From Rhizaria sp. SCN 62-66 (taxonomy: Eukaryota), in NCBI GenBank assembly GCA_001724265.1, contig MEDY01000008.1:124001-161399 (forward strand): a stretch of 37,399 nt of DNA, read 5' to 3'. The number at the start of each line of letters is the position of its first letter. The stretch's first letter is position 1. Position numbers and translations under genes: made by a program. The notes under the pieces were generated by a model. It saw only the letters and a list, made by a program, of their open reading frames with translations, searched no databases and was not told the DNA's origin. This document shows positions 10,401 through 17,284 of the stretch, piece by piece.

Positions 10401-12220
10401 TCTCCAAACGCGCGTGCCTGCGTCCTATCGGTACTGGTTGCACGGCATTCAAACTGCATCGCAGCTGGTAAAGCAGATAGCGTACTCTGAGGCACGGGCA
10501 GACCACCGAAGGGACACGAGAACGTAACAACCGTGCCAGACGGGAAACGGCGGCCGCGGAACGGTAATGTTGTCGTGTTGTCAGACGCTGAAGCCAGAAG
10601 AAACTTCGGCTTCGCGCCAGGAAATACTGGTGGTTGCGAGTACGACGTTAACAGCCCAACAGTAGACGTATACGTCTGAGGAAATCCGTCACATACAATT
10701 GGCAGGCATACAGCACACATAATTAAAATGGTACGCGCACTTGCAGTTGTCACACGTTGCGGGAGCGATTCAGCGAGGGCCAGCAGTGCAGTTTCATCTG
10801 GGTCAGATCCAATAGACGTAGGTACGCTTGTAGGAACCGATGATAAAACTTGACGCCACTCACCAGGGCCAGTTGGTGAAGCGTAACACTGGTATGATGC
10901 AACTGGGCGGGCGTCAACAGAAGACACAGCAGCATTGCGGCAGGTAATGTGCGCAAAGGCACCATCACTGAAGACGTGCAAGCCATCGATCAGGCCGCCA
11001 CCGGCGCCAGGAAGGTCATCTGCGCTGATAGTATCAAGTTTTCCATTCGCTGCGATCTTTGCCGCAGCCAGCACTGCGCTCATGGCGGGGCTCGCTCGGA
11101 CCGTGCTGAGGACAGGCGGGGGCAGCACGCCCTGATCTGCGGAGGCCACCGCGTATTGCGAGTAGTGCAGACGCATGTGCGGCGGTAAAGCGCGCTCCAG
11201 TGGATGCGGGCCGCACTGCGCAGGACAGCGCGCAAGTACCACAGGCCGTGTTGCAACCGTGTTGACCTTGGCGTCGCCAGGAACGAGCGGCGTGGTTGAC
11301 GACGCGCTCTCGCGCAGATGTGTGCGTGTATGCCAGCGACCGCGACGACAAGTAAGTGCAACAGCAGTGGCAAGATACGGCGTGGTAACTGTCGCCGTAG
11401 CGGCAGCAGGAAGTGCAGGGATAAGAGTTGAACCGGAAAGAAGAGTTGTCAGATTAACGTAACTCGCATCGGGCTCAGGTGCAGGTTCAGACTCGGGTTC
11501 AGGTTCAGCGCTGTTATTTTCGTCGTTGTCAGTAGTGTCCCCAGGCGTTGTAACATCAGGGTTCACATCCGTATCAACGCCTCCGTCAGCGTCATCACCA
11601 GAGTTTGCGTCAGTCGTTGTCGAGTTAGTATCGCCCGCCGTGGTGTTGGACTGGAGCCAGGGAGGCAACGAGTCATTACCACCAATCAGCGCCAAGCCAA
11701 CAGGGTTCAGCTCCGTGTTGTCTTGTAGTGAGCTCACGCTGCTTGGGTCAGCGCCGAAGTAAGATGGCTCCTCAGTGAGAACAAAGAGATCAGGGACAGC
11801 GTTATGCCAGCATGAGAATGTGACTACGGTGTCTTCCAACGCAAACACAGACGGACGTAAAACAGCATCCGGGTTGGGGGAAACAACATTGGCGCGAACG
11901 AGCGCTGGTGATGCGGAGATTGACGAGAGATTAAGGTATGACAAGGTGGAAACGAGCGAGAAGGGGTCGGAGCAGTGAGAACCTGACGTGAGCCAGGGAT
12001 CGATGTTCGTTTCCGCATCACCGCGTTGGAAAACGGCAGCAGGAATCTCTACAGTATAACCAAATAATGGGCCGGTTGAAGGTGGCGAGTCGGATATACC
12101 ACCACACTTGGCACCCCAGGTAACGCCAGAGGGCGGTGATGAGACGTCGGTGATGAGTGGAGCTTGCGCAGCGGCGAGAGACAGCAGAACTGCAAGTGTC
12201 AGTGCGATTAGGGTGTCCAT
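2..12220 (-). CDS. Giant secreted or cell-surface protein (>=4073 aa, 3'-partial): signal peptide + Sushi/CCP-like repeat array + REJ (polycystin-1-like) module
   Basis: Manual translation of the minus frame from ATG 12220 gives MDTLIALTLAVLLSLAAAQAPLITDVSS... and is still open at the window start (...GTRSTIEYGGVALSPNEKLT). No stop was found in the stretches translated. The ORF track lists no terminated ORF in this frame between 1 and 12220, as expected if it has no stop in the window. An in-frame upstream ATG at 12262 is an alternative start. Confidence 0.92.
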   Translation of the reverse strand, partial: MDTLIALTLAVLLSLAAAQAPLITDVSSPPSGVTWGAKCGGISDSPPSTGPLFGYTVEIPAAVFQRGDAETNIDPWLTSGSHCSDPFSLVSTLSYLNLSSISASPALVRANVVSPNPDAVLRPSVFALEDTVVTFSCWHNAVPDLFVLTEEPSYFGADPSSVSSLQDNTELNPVGLALIGGNDSLPPWLQSNTTAGDTNSTTTDANSGDDADGGVDTDVNPDVTTPGDTTDNDENNSAEPEPESEPAPEPDASYVNLTTLLSGSTLIPALPAAATATVTTPYLATAVALTCRRGRWHTRTHLRESASSTTPLVPGDAKVNTVATRPVVLARCPAQCGPHPLERALPPHMRLHYSQYAVASADQGVLPPPVLSTVRASPAMSAVLAAAKIAANGKLDTISADDLPGAGGGLIDGLHVFSDGAFAHITCRNAAVSSVDARPVASYQCYASPTGPGEWRQVLSSVPTSVPTSIGSDPDETALLALAESLPQRVTTASARTILIMCAVCLPIVCDGFPQTYTSTVGLLTSYSQPPVFPGAKPKFLLASASDNTTTLPFRGRRFPSGTVVTFSCPFGGLPVPQSTLSALPAAMQFECRATSTDRTQARAFGDTWCGYSDIDCDTSSTPAASGSSTTTTQVIMTATKEAATAAQAGFRRGSWVAVDTNQVLGNGVGLPLCVPSECLHLPQWAKPRSSLLESISVSAYTSSVSGLKTELTTVCPAHYVTLTPEIGTRGTISCVDGVWAVQGTSCRADTVCVLPMHKPSASRLQFRTLPMLDLPTVTATDDQRDSMALPWRYASEIHYPVGAVVQQSCSAAGESPDVNSVGVIWRSCGRGPYRVDPMRVTEVETYSDHLGYGYKVGDPTLDVVPLWNNVTMASMQVCSAVECPAISHLRWAGFDPVSQLQVIGSTTLSPPVMGSNFTVYCVEPGYESISFHSCNATARWVPALPTDFAGANTLASCPRRSCRIPLQLASSGKLESEGAVITLSGTKADVVVENVFTGTTVVNPRDAAAPRLGDTLGRLDDPRVPVKVAPGTTVTASCKPGYSAVDQYGAALVTFSVSDTCSDSVQAATGLTFAKWASSTVPSKVSAYSGDVPPDAIPSVAMKNFNCKPALCPVMTIALARQMLMIPSADETDYALETYQLTYPTPSLLTGTGHVRVNARAHLRCSPGYAPSSSFSSTGVATLYDDEGVVAAQCVQSSSGAVAQWRRINATVDAAATAAWTDGHVTTSPVVMESMLRCEKLHPRCSSDNGLTGNYRFNFGPPSSFNASEQDPAPFQHYKSVMVVQCKRRFVPASSRLTCNANGIWVGTLPTCVPVACGALPVVSYTGLRLGAVLLPEEDGLGPQPGVPTGLGTSFWYLVKKWPYGALMFYMCPATAHQTWALFTTPEVNKHVNLTCEHDGVSDVGYWTKAKADIVSELSCITTVCEDIAGLLRGYVTSLQQPNGVNVTYPAVNSRITLQCPTGTYGGQSYLVCAADGSWRGEPPICTSRASCPALALDSNTQPLPITQGGETVTPQFVQVDLFTDAVNITGGTLRSDTNGSTTNGGFDMGTVARYSCSADAPQPYASTVSPLYRICDGLTGRWTWPTEAAAFSCVAPRCPALTSFMSAHHAALLKRPVSGATYSDSSDLHPVSEITGSPGQSIYVRCRHPSRPSGLDWVNIECDTQTRLWKYNVTALPLCLDLQCARPVLATNMAITVTNGTFVRPWTGAPTKYRDTVSVGSAIAIGCAAQTHPSPSSPRSLWLRCEAAGSGGAGAIWTNITSLANASGTSATDVSTDLGRFSVSSPTFRCVAYAQDAACLHMGSEFAHLITSTPMKIAAHTYPLVGSVATLTCASTANILESPPDLNSVSAPATVSRRMLRMRSFSALATASIDSTDDPLSFRASTIYCAPSGAWTGVFPTCGTVPSVNYTGCSVPPLPALSDNATLVRVSMLELPTAVSTLVNSAKPYPLGTRVRYSCASGYTPASGSELVVTCQARAASVYTAVPQWTNADGVSRFSCVRAECPLLPSFNGSVYVTAVVSQAELGGWTNPMLPASTTGLPVGTVMRAQCREGAARALGREHDEVGWACVQNGIVAEWRSLNEMYVLGLCVPIATAAYAACELPATVANAVFTLSAHNGDTDTASYPLADSIITYACAEDSHLIAGSLIRRCLSTGTWSGVAPVCSTTPMCRSAASLFGVNATEASLIAAGVSLAYSNAAALGGSFAVSTSVEVSCLASAGAVPLDEVGDSTRKYECVEETSSSNPTLKVAIWRLRDPTSGAVVLTGPLVETAFQCVIPQCEDVLPELKSRFIVAQQVSSSNTTRVYPQATVSLYLSCARGYQPSPSVSLTGPTDPEVCLTAPDGTLSTLRCMTDAQWYGVIPLCEPVKCPHVTETVYEMDPAGNIVTTNHVLPAGSLLNPVTPVSSNSNRTFTLPYTVCDLGERCLLAGTIDSVILAAVGSFQTGVAYPEFRSVLTIACPWGYKTNASDVECAANGKWFGRAPVCTPVYCDSPPSTPQTMTVTVRSHGSNGAVYSFKPVSGYPAGAVATYSCRANTTVTDSAAISQQTLTCNGSGVWEREAGVTVTVPMTGVCLFTENCPPLPLVVSLVGTQMVTTATYDAQRSSHPFGTLATLVCRTWFAPVSGTISTLNCTTAGWTPYDPSSIAAVLPSASSLSVSHTARMTVQAVSVTIPLQCEPTTQCPTFPAISGGSVSYTDSRIPGSYVVPVCSSPSFKVSTSTPIVCTRVTASMEATLDDMAAMSENNGVDVEDVNNGTSRHQRRMLRSLAVAAAAVSSGYQWSVASVNCVARYDCGSLPVVSPVSSIFYSALTGATQLTLESARANPVCISDRYVPVEDIVCRTDGWSTMKPCIPVQCPDPFANVNGTATRPLPTFTVRKGDRVSDSFGTGYTVGTVLAFTCMTNFVLSTVISSAVECLSTGLWSYTPSRCESYICPVFKAPFGQWIAPDPDSGVSYNWGVAAHSAVGKFAFTKCYVPKLTLNSTTGSVEPGSSNSLAKYECVFGRGWVQRTGLECTLVGCGPASYPVVPIQYKELYLSKLPYSAILKRVNQMNIHYKDVSMFNAAALTAPTLPTIANGAAIAASLSAQAPLTASRHSFRALNAGITVGSVTMDENNVVTIIEPRVLLDAQPGYVKDDEIYDVTSDLTLFCPSLTTALLIAPLSVVEGDDRRTTLGTVLIFDDYSANRVRRTCTLNKSAAAIVKSSSFYQFDNSYDGVASLAAVADKRLTALRNGAARSRHLAQSQAFLDSTFDTSALTYWSNPGSVMVCAASCDWIDSIANLTVFKTVQTVDFNGGNNPRYQFLQEEFIAGRSRFFVCDVGLRVKDSEIHYVKTTCSEQGQWEPGPPVCEPYPNRACLPVVTNYIVPANTIIHYNKHTLEEGTRVTYECKTGYEFAGYGYGSSVMYRYCQTGGVWSPDVPQCVPKPTCAAMRVRLGVVSITYTLGWNNTVYVVDPATLEGGATNDAGAGGGMGGGKLHTIGFFVAPSKPRASRVSGVSDQSRSAMYSAAYMSDDGEIWDDSDVAGAIIGGPTSPKSPDELDIDTETYVTCKSGFVYYPTSFTLCSRVSDATNASAGITWAGSWAEDIMCIPMCNVADAHFDAAGSFVDVTFTYPTMQPVPTYIDADGISVRDTGGTFYTCTHVLVTATLDLLGETASAGCHWRTPTVFRIRLGSGFTLRPVSTVSFKGGVIKPAVTATNSALYANIDDDSVPFMPQVTATVRAPASLPGLFADLSAPSTIGNCSPLTLLVRSIIGHAGMMPSMNFELVNNGTNSAAVAAFNTLLNRIAPTNLNTPFSTLTSSASVFTVQFNSTEVDTFLPAGTTATFSVRVTNWLGSEFVATVNVTRLAADGPLISILSGRSNTYAAADAITVTPLVTLSSCSTAAGHEFISYKWGPLVNETLPALFASTVTTLNQTALFIPAFTLPPGASYRFRLCVTAGLPSSVWTHVTVCERIKITIKSMPILTHLALRPLAQQRFSPTVAVGYVTGNVPSPLVRVFESSFSYVYEPNTSDAKVSSTLSLRSEFNTASKLTATTTSQHLFSTAAAVIGTRSTIEYGGVALSPNEKLT
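1430..11850 (-). other. Tandem array of about 25-30 Sushi/CCP-like modules (count by eye), many with loop insertions
   Basis: Recurring C...G.V.Y.C..GY...C...G.W...P.C pattern. Examples: TLQCPTGTYGGQSYLVCAADGSWRGEPPIC (~7760-7850), ITYACAEDSHLIAGSLIRRCLSTGTWSGVAPVC (~5715-5820), IACPWGYKTNASDVECAANGKWFGRAPVC (~4750-4845), GTRVTYECKTGYEFAG...RYCQTGGVWSPDVPQC (~1945-2070). Confidence 0.85.
12167..12220 (-). other. Signal peptide of the giant protein
   Basis: MDTLIALTLAVLLSLAAA|QAP: hydrophobic core followed by an A-x-A cleavage site. Confidence 0.8.
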
Positions 12221-13059
12221 GCGCGCGTTTGAGCACACGTATAGCCACGAGGAAATCCGCATGATTAACGTGCTCAACAACAAACGCTTCGTTGGGTCTT
12301 GCAAGACGACAAGAGTGCGAAGACGAATGCCTAAGGAGGCCTGATGGCCACAATACGTCCGAAGTGGGCTGGACGGCCAAATCAGTTCGATCGGAGCGTT
12401 TTAAAGGTGGAGACGTAGTGTACAGCTCAAGTAGTTGTTATATGCGGAGCTGTGTCGATAAAGACAATATGAAAAAGGACGAAGAGTGCCCTAAAACAAT
12501 CACGACAAGCTGCAAAAGAAAATAAAAGAGAGAACCGCAGACACACATTTAAACAGCTTTATGAGAGCAGGATGAACAATTTAAAATAAGAAATAAGATC
12601 TTCCCGTGCATTACAGTATAGGCAAAAGAGAAGCTGCGAACAACAACGATGAGGGTATTGACAACATCCCCGTTATATTCGTCAACTCAGATCGATCGTA
12701 GCCCCTGTTCAACCCCCACACGACACCATAAATGCGAAGCATCTCTTCGTTGTCACAGCATTATGTCGAGCTCTAGCGCGTTAAAATATGCGTCGATTAA
12801 CTTAGATTTGTGATTTAATGATTAAACAGGTAGTTCCCGTATTTTAAACTCGATTCATACTTGAGGCATATCTGACTTCATGCACTAAAAACATGCGTAA
12901 CGCGAGGTAAGATTCGGCAGATTAATTTTGTTGATCCCGGAAGGGGAAAATAGACAACGCTGCTGATGTGTGATACTGTTCATCGCAAGTAGGTGCCGAC
13001 TCAGTTGCACAAGATATTCAAGGATGGAGTATTGATATGTTCCGTCTCACTAACCGTTA

Positions 13060-13920
13060 AATGCTGGCAGAGCTGCCTCAGTGACTGTTCAAACCAGGGC
13101 ACGTGCTTCTACGACCATTGCTCTGGACATTGTACTTAAAGTGTGGGCGGCAACGCACGCGATCCGTGGCAGTCGCTACCGTCGCCACATGAATGTTAGG
13201 GCCACGGCTCGTGCAAGCTCGACATGTACTTCCGCGAGCCGGGTTTCGGGGGCGCCGCGTGCTCACCGACAGGGTAACCTGTAACAGTCACGGCTAATGC
13301 CTCCGCAACCAGTGGACCTTTGCTGACGGCTACACAAGCGTCCATTGCTGCTGAATTAGACACATGTTCTTTATGTTGTGCATTTCATGCTGATCTCCTC
13401 ATTCTTCGTATTCTTGTTGTTGCTCTATACGATGGGCTTGTGATGACGCTGTCAGCCATAGCTGTCGCTGTGGGATGAGAGTGTTGTGGTAACGTAATGA
13501 TTGGTCGCTGTCGTGGCATCCCCAGGGTCCGTAGCTGTGTTGGTGCTGGTGTTGTTCTTCGTTGCGCTCACAGTGTTTTTTTCTCTGATAACTCTCTCGC
13601 GATAAGTATATGGGTATGAACGCTCTCCTTGGGGCTGCGAATGACTCAGCGCGGTCTCGAGCTTGGCGCACCGAGTGCAGATTTCTGGCGCTTGGCGCGC
13701 GCCCTTCCGCGACGAACGCGGAACGCGGTAACGACAAAAAGACTTTCTCATGCCACCGCGCGTTGTGCACATCGTTGCATTGATGTGAGTACCATGTAGC
13801 GCGCAACATGGAGATGACAGAGCACAAGCCTGCGTTCATACACTCTGGACACGTGCCTTTTGTGACACAAGCACACGTCGGCGCAACACTCGATTTCTTA
13901 ACGTTGAAGTTACGCGACAC
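13060..13920 (-). pseudogene. Possible decayed coding sequence of unknown family
   Basis: Protein-like segments in different minus frames (AMDACVAVSKGPLVAEALAVTVTGYPVGE; GAPETRLAEVHVELARAVA) are separated by frameshifts and stops. No family recognised. Confidence 0.25.
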
Positions 13921-14218
13921 TCTATAGCTACTATGCTAATACGTGCTTGCGCCAGTATCACGACATACACAAGATCTACGAACATATTCAAGCAATTTCA
14001 AAGTTTAGTTGACAGTTTATGGATTATGGATGCGATTGGGTTTTGACAAGGGAGGCGTTGAAAAACGCCAGGGTATTTTTTGTTGGTTTTTGAGTATTGT
14101 TGTTTTTTTTGCATGCACTAGTTAGATTATAGGCAGCGTATTGAGTTCACTCGCGCAGAGTGGATGTTGCTGTTTTGGCAAGCTGAGTTAGCATGTATTA
14201 GATGCTAAAACAAACTGC

Positions 14219-14641
14219 TTAGTAGCGGACACCACGGATACGGCGGGCAAGGATGATGTCCTTGGACTGGATGGTCACGCGCTTGGAGTGGAGGCAAAGC
14301 AGGTTGGCATCCTCGAAGAGGGAGACGAGGTAGGCCTCGGCAGCCTCCTGAAGGGCCATGATGGCAGTGCCCTGGAAGCGGAGGTCACCCTTGAACTGCT
14401 GGGCGACGTCACGGACGAGGCGCTGGAAGGGGAGCTTGCGGATGAGGAGCTCGGTGGAGCGCTGGAGAGCCTTGATCTGGCGGAGAGCGACGGTACCGGG
14501 GCGGTAGCGGTGAGCCTTCTTGACGCCGGAGATGGCAGGGGCACTCTTGCGAGCAGCCTTGGCAGCGACGTGGACGGAGGACTTGCGGGGGTACTTGCCA
14601 CCGGAGACGGTCTTGTGGGCAGTGTGCTTGGTGCGGGCCAT
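14219..14641 (-). CDS. H3: Histone H3, divergent variant (140 aa), intronless
   Basis: ARTK..., [74 protein letters not shown]. Strong C/T-ending codon bias and a TAA stop. Confidence 0.97.
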   Translation of the reverse strand: MARTKHTAHKTVSGGKYPRKSSVHVAAKAARKSAPAISGVKKAHRYRPGTVALRQIKALQRSTELLIRKLPFQRLVRDVAQQFKGDLRFQGTAIMALQEAAEAYLVSLFEDANLLCLHSKRVTIQSKDIILARRIRGVRY

Positions 14642-15099
14642 GTTGGTTTAAAAAAGAGAGACGAGAAGTCTGACTAGTTTTCGAAATCAATAAACTTCCG
14701 CCTAAATCAACCCGTCCAAAAGATTTTTTAACGGTCCGGCCGCCACACTCCGATTGCAGTCGTATTTTTCAGTCTACCCTTGGGCTTCATTTTACCTTAA
14801 CCATGTATCTGTTATAATTATTGTAAATCATATTTAATGATTACTTAAGCACTTTATATTTCGAATATTTGTAGGCCATGACATTATGTTTTGGAATAAA
14901 ATAATATCTTTCATATAACACAAGATAGACGTGAGTTAGAGCTCCTTTAAACAAAAGGGTCCACTAAAGCAGATATCAACAAAACGAGTATTCATACACG
15001 GAAAACAACACGTACTCTGATAAATGTTATTTAAACATTGCGCCTTTAAAATTCTTGCATGGGACTCATATGCAAACCGAAAGCATGACTTGCTGTTAC

Positions 15100-16900
15100 T
15101 GACCAGATGGAAGACTTGACTGTGACTAACTTGAATCTGGCACTGTGACGAAGTCTACAGGCAACACAGCAGCATCACAACCGTTGGCGATCTGTCTGCT
15201 GTGTTGTTCCTACCGTGGTGACACACTTATTCAATGGATATTTGTTATCTCTGTGGGTCATGTCCACCTAGGGGCGTTGAGACTCTGCTCACAGCAAGAA
15301 GCTTGTGACTGACTCTAGCAGAACGTCTTCCAACGTTAAATCAGCCCATACTGCGTCAGCCATGGGCAACCGCATAGCTGTAATATTGAGCACCTTGGAA
15401 AACCTCAGTAATGTTCACGCTGCCTATGTGCCTCAGCGCTGGGCGCGTTGGTACTTGTTAGCGAACGGCTGACAACACATCAGCCTCTTCTGCCAAAACT
15501 TCTAGCGTGGCTGCGTGACTGAACGCGAACATGATATTCCGTGTCAATTGATGTTTAGAGACCAAGTATATTTTTTTTAAAATCCTATATAGGATCTCAC
15601 ATTGACCTGTTTATATACGTTCACGTAGTCCAAATTGTGACGATATGGGATGTGAAATGATCTTATCCGCTAGCACTTGAGGAGTAGTTAGGCAGGTATA
15701 TCTCCGTCACGCTGAGATAATAATTGTATATCATTTATGAACCTTTGTTTGGTGCACTATACAAAAGTGTTTCTGCATTTAGCTTTCACCACGCAGATGT
15801 TCTGACTTGAAGAATGCTGGAGTCCCTCCGTGCGCCCAACGCGCGCGTCGCTCTTTGACCACATACGGATTTCACGTCAGGTTCGACAACTTTCCGTCAG
15901 ATCGTTGTAGCACAGTTGCAGCTTCTTACTGATTCGAGGTGTGACAGCACATGGCTATATTTTACTTGTATCAACAAATTATATCTTTCCTAAATTCGTT
16001 GCTGGCCTTGTCTTGAATCTGTAGTTCCTTCGCCAACCTCACGCTCTCTGCCTGTGCTCATCCAGTATCTACACCAGTCTTGTTGGTAGTGACTCTGCAT
16101 TGATGATCTTAACGTTAGTGCCAGTGATAGTGAAAGCATATGCGATGTCAGGCATGTGAAAGAAAGAGCAGACACTGACAATGCCGTTGCGGCGGACCCA
16201 CGATGTCCGTCCTGAGCGCGGAAACCACTCTTCAAGATGCCTCTGCTGCCACGTTGATGACGGCGTCCACGACTGCGTTCTGCGTCCCCAGTTGGGGGTG
16301 ACAAATACCTTAGCGCTAGTGCCTGGCGATGAATAGCGCCAGAGCCACCAGCAACGCCTCTATTTCACCTGCTGCTTGACCCGCGACCAATCGATACAGC
16401 GTCCCCGCACACACCGCCGCACTCGTCACCACACTAATCATCACGCGAGTCGTTTCGGTTTTCCACGCTATTACCCCTTGCATAGCTTGACGTGTGTTAT
16501 GCACAGGTTTGTGCTGGATCCATGCGCAGTCGTGAAGCTGCACACTTGGAATGCATCTGGCATCATCTCTAGGAGCTCATACATCCTTGTGCCCCCAACC
16601 GTGTCCGGCTACTCTGTGTTAATACAAAAGGGGACATTTACTGAATTGCGCACTTCTTGTTCGCGCGCACACACCTTCACCAACAGTTGACGCTTCAGGC
16701 GGCCGGTGTGACACAGACTTCGTGGTGCACAATTGACTTTCGTATACTGGTCACAATCAATGCACTCATAGGTGATTTATGCGTCAATGTAGACTGTGAA
16801 ATCCGTGCACTAAGTCAGCAGTGCATGTCTCTACTACTATAGCTAATGCGGAAGACGTAAACGGCAGCACCACTTGAAGCTCTTTGTGTACGACAAGGAT
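15100..16900 (-). pseudogene. Possible decayed coding sequence(s) of unknown family
   Basis: Long protein-like minus-strand runs broken by isolated stops and frameshifts: MFAFSHAATLEVLAEEADVLSAVR*QVPTRPALRHIGSVNITEVFQGAQYYSYAVAH / ADAVWADLTLEDVLLESVTSFLL* (15532-15290), and FTVYIDA*ITYECIDCDQYTKVNC...NTE*PDTVGGTRMYELLEMMPDAFQVC (16800-16520). Confidence 0.3.
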
Positions 16901-17284
16901 TTAAAGATTGTTATAATGATGGTAAACAAACATGATTACTATAACAAGTTGAAGTCATATGCAAGCATACATACTGACTGTGTAGTACTTACTCAAATTC
17001 GAACAAACAAACAATACACCCCACTATAGCGCCAAAACCGCTATGCCGCAGGGTCCAAGTGTACACTCCAAGCCAAGCGGCTCCGGCTCGAAGGCAAGGT
17101 GGTTTGTACGAAATTGCCGAAAACGTAGATGTGATCGTGAAGTATCTGTGTAATATGGTGCTTTGTGGGTGTTGTTACTAATGAATTTGTGTTCCTCTTA
17201 TTATATCTTATCAAACGTACTCTATGCCTGCATTATCCCAGCTCAGTTTCACGCCCCACACACCGCAGCACAAGTCGAGCCATA

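Noticed and set aside
64-12525. Dozens of short ORFs on both strands in the ORF track
   Set aside because: They are shadow or off-frame ORFs of the giant minus-strand gene.
12436-12548. Upstream ATG (12548) giving a hydrophobic peptide MCVCGSLFYFLLQLVVIVLG as start of the giant gene
   Set aside because: It is in a different frame and stops after ~37 codons. ATG 12220 already gives a clean signal peptide. It could be a uORF or intron-acceptor sequence, but this cannot be supported.
14219-14641. Centromeric H3 (CENP-A)
   Set aside because: Loop 1 is not lengthened, Q68 and F84 are retained and the tail aligns with canonical H3. Only T107A is CenH3-like.
15582-15595. 14-bp palindrome ATCCTATATAGGAT
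   Set aside because: Isolated, with no associated terminal repeats or target-site duplication.
15100-16900. Reassigned stop codons (TAA/TAG/TGA read as sense)
   Set aside because: More than 4000 codons of the giant ORF and all other intact genes lack internal stops, and TAA and TGA terminate genes normally. The broken frames also need frameshifts, so decay is the simpler explanation.
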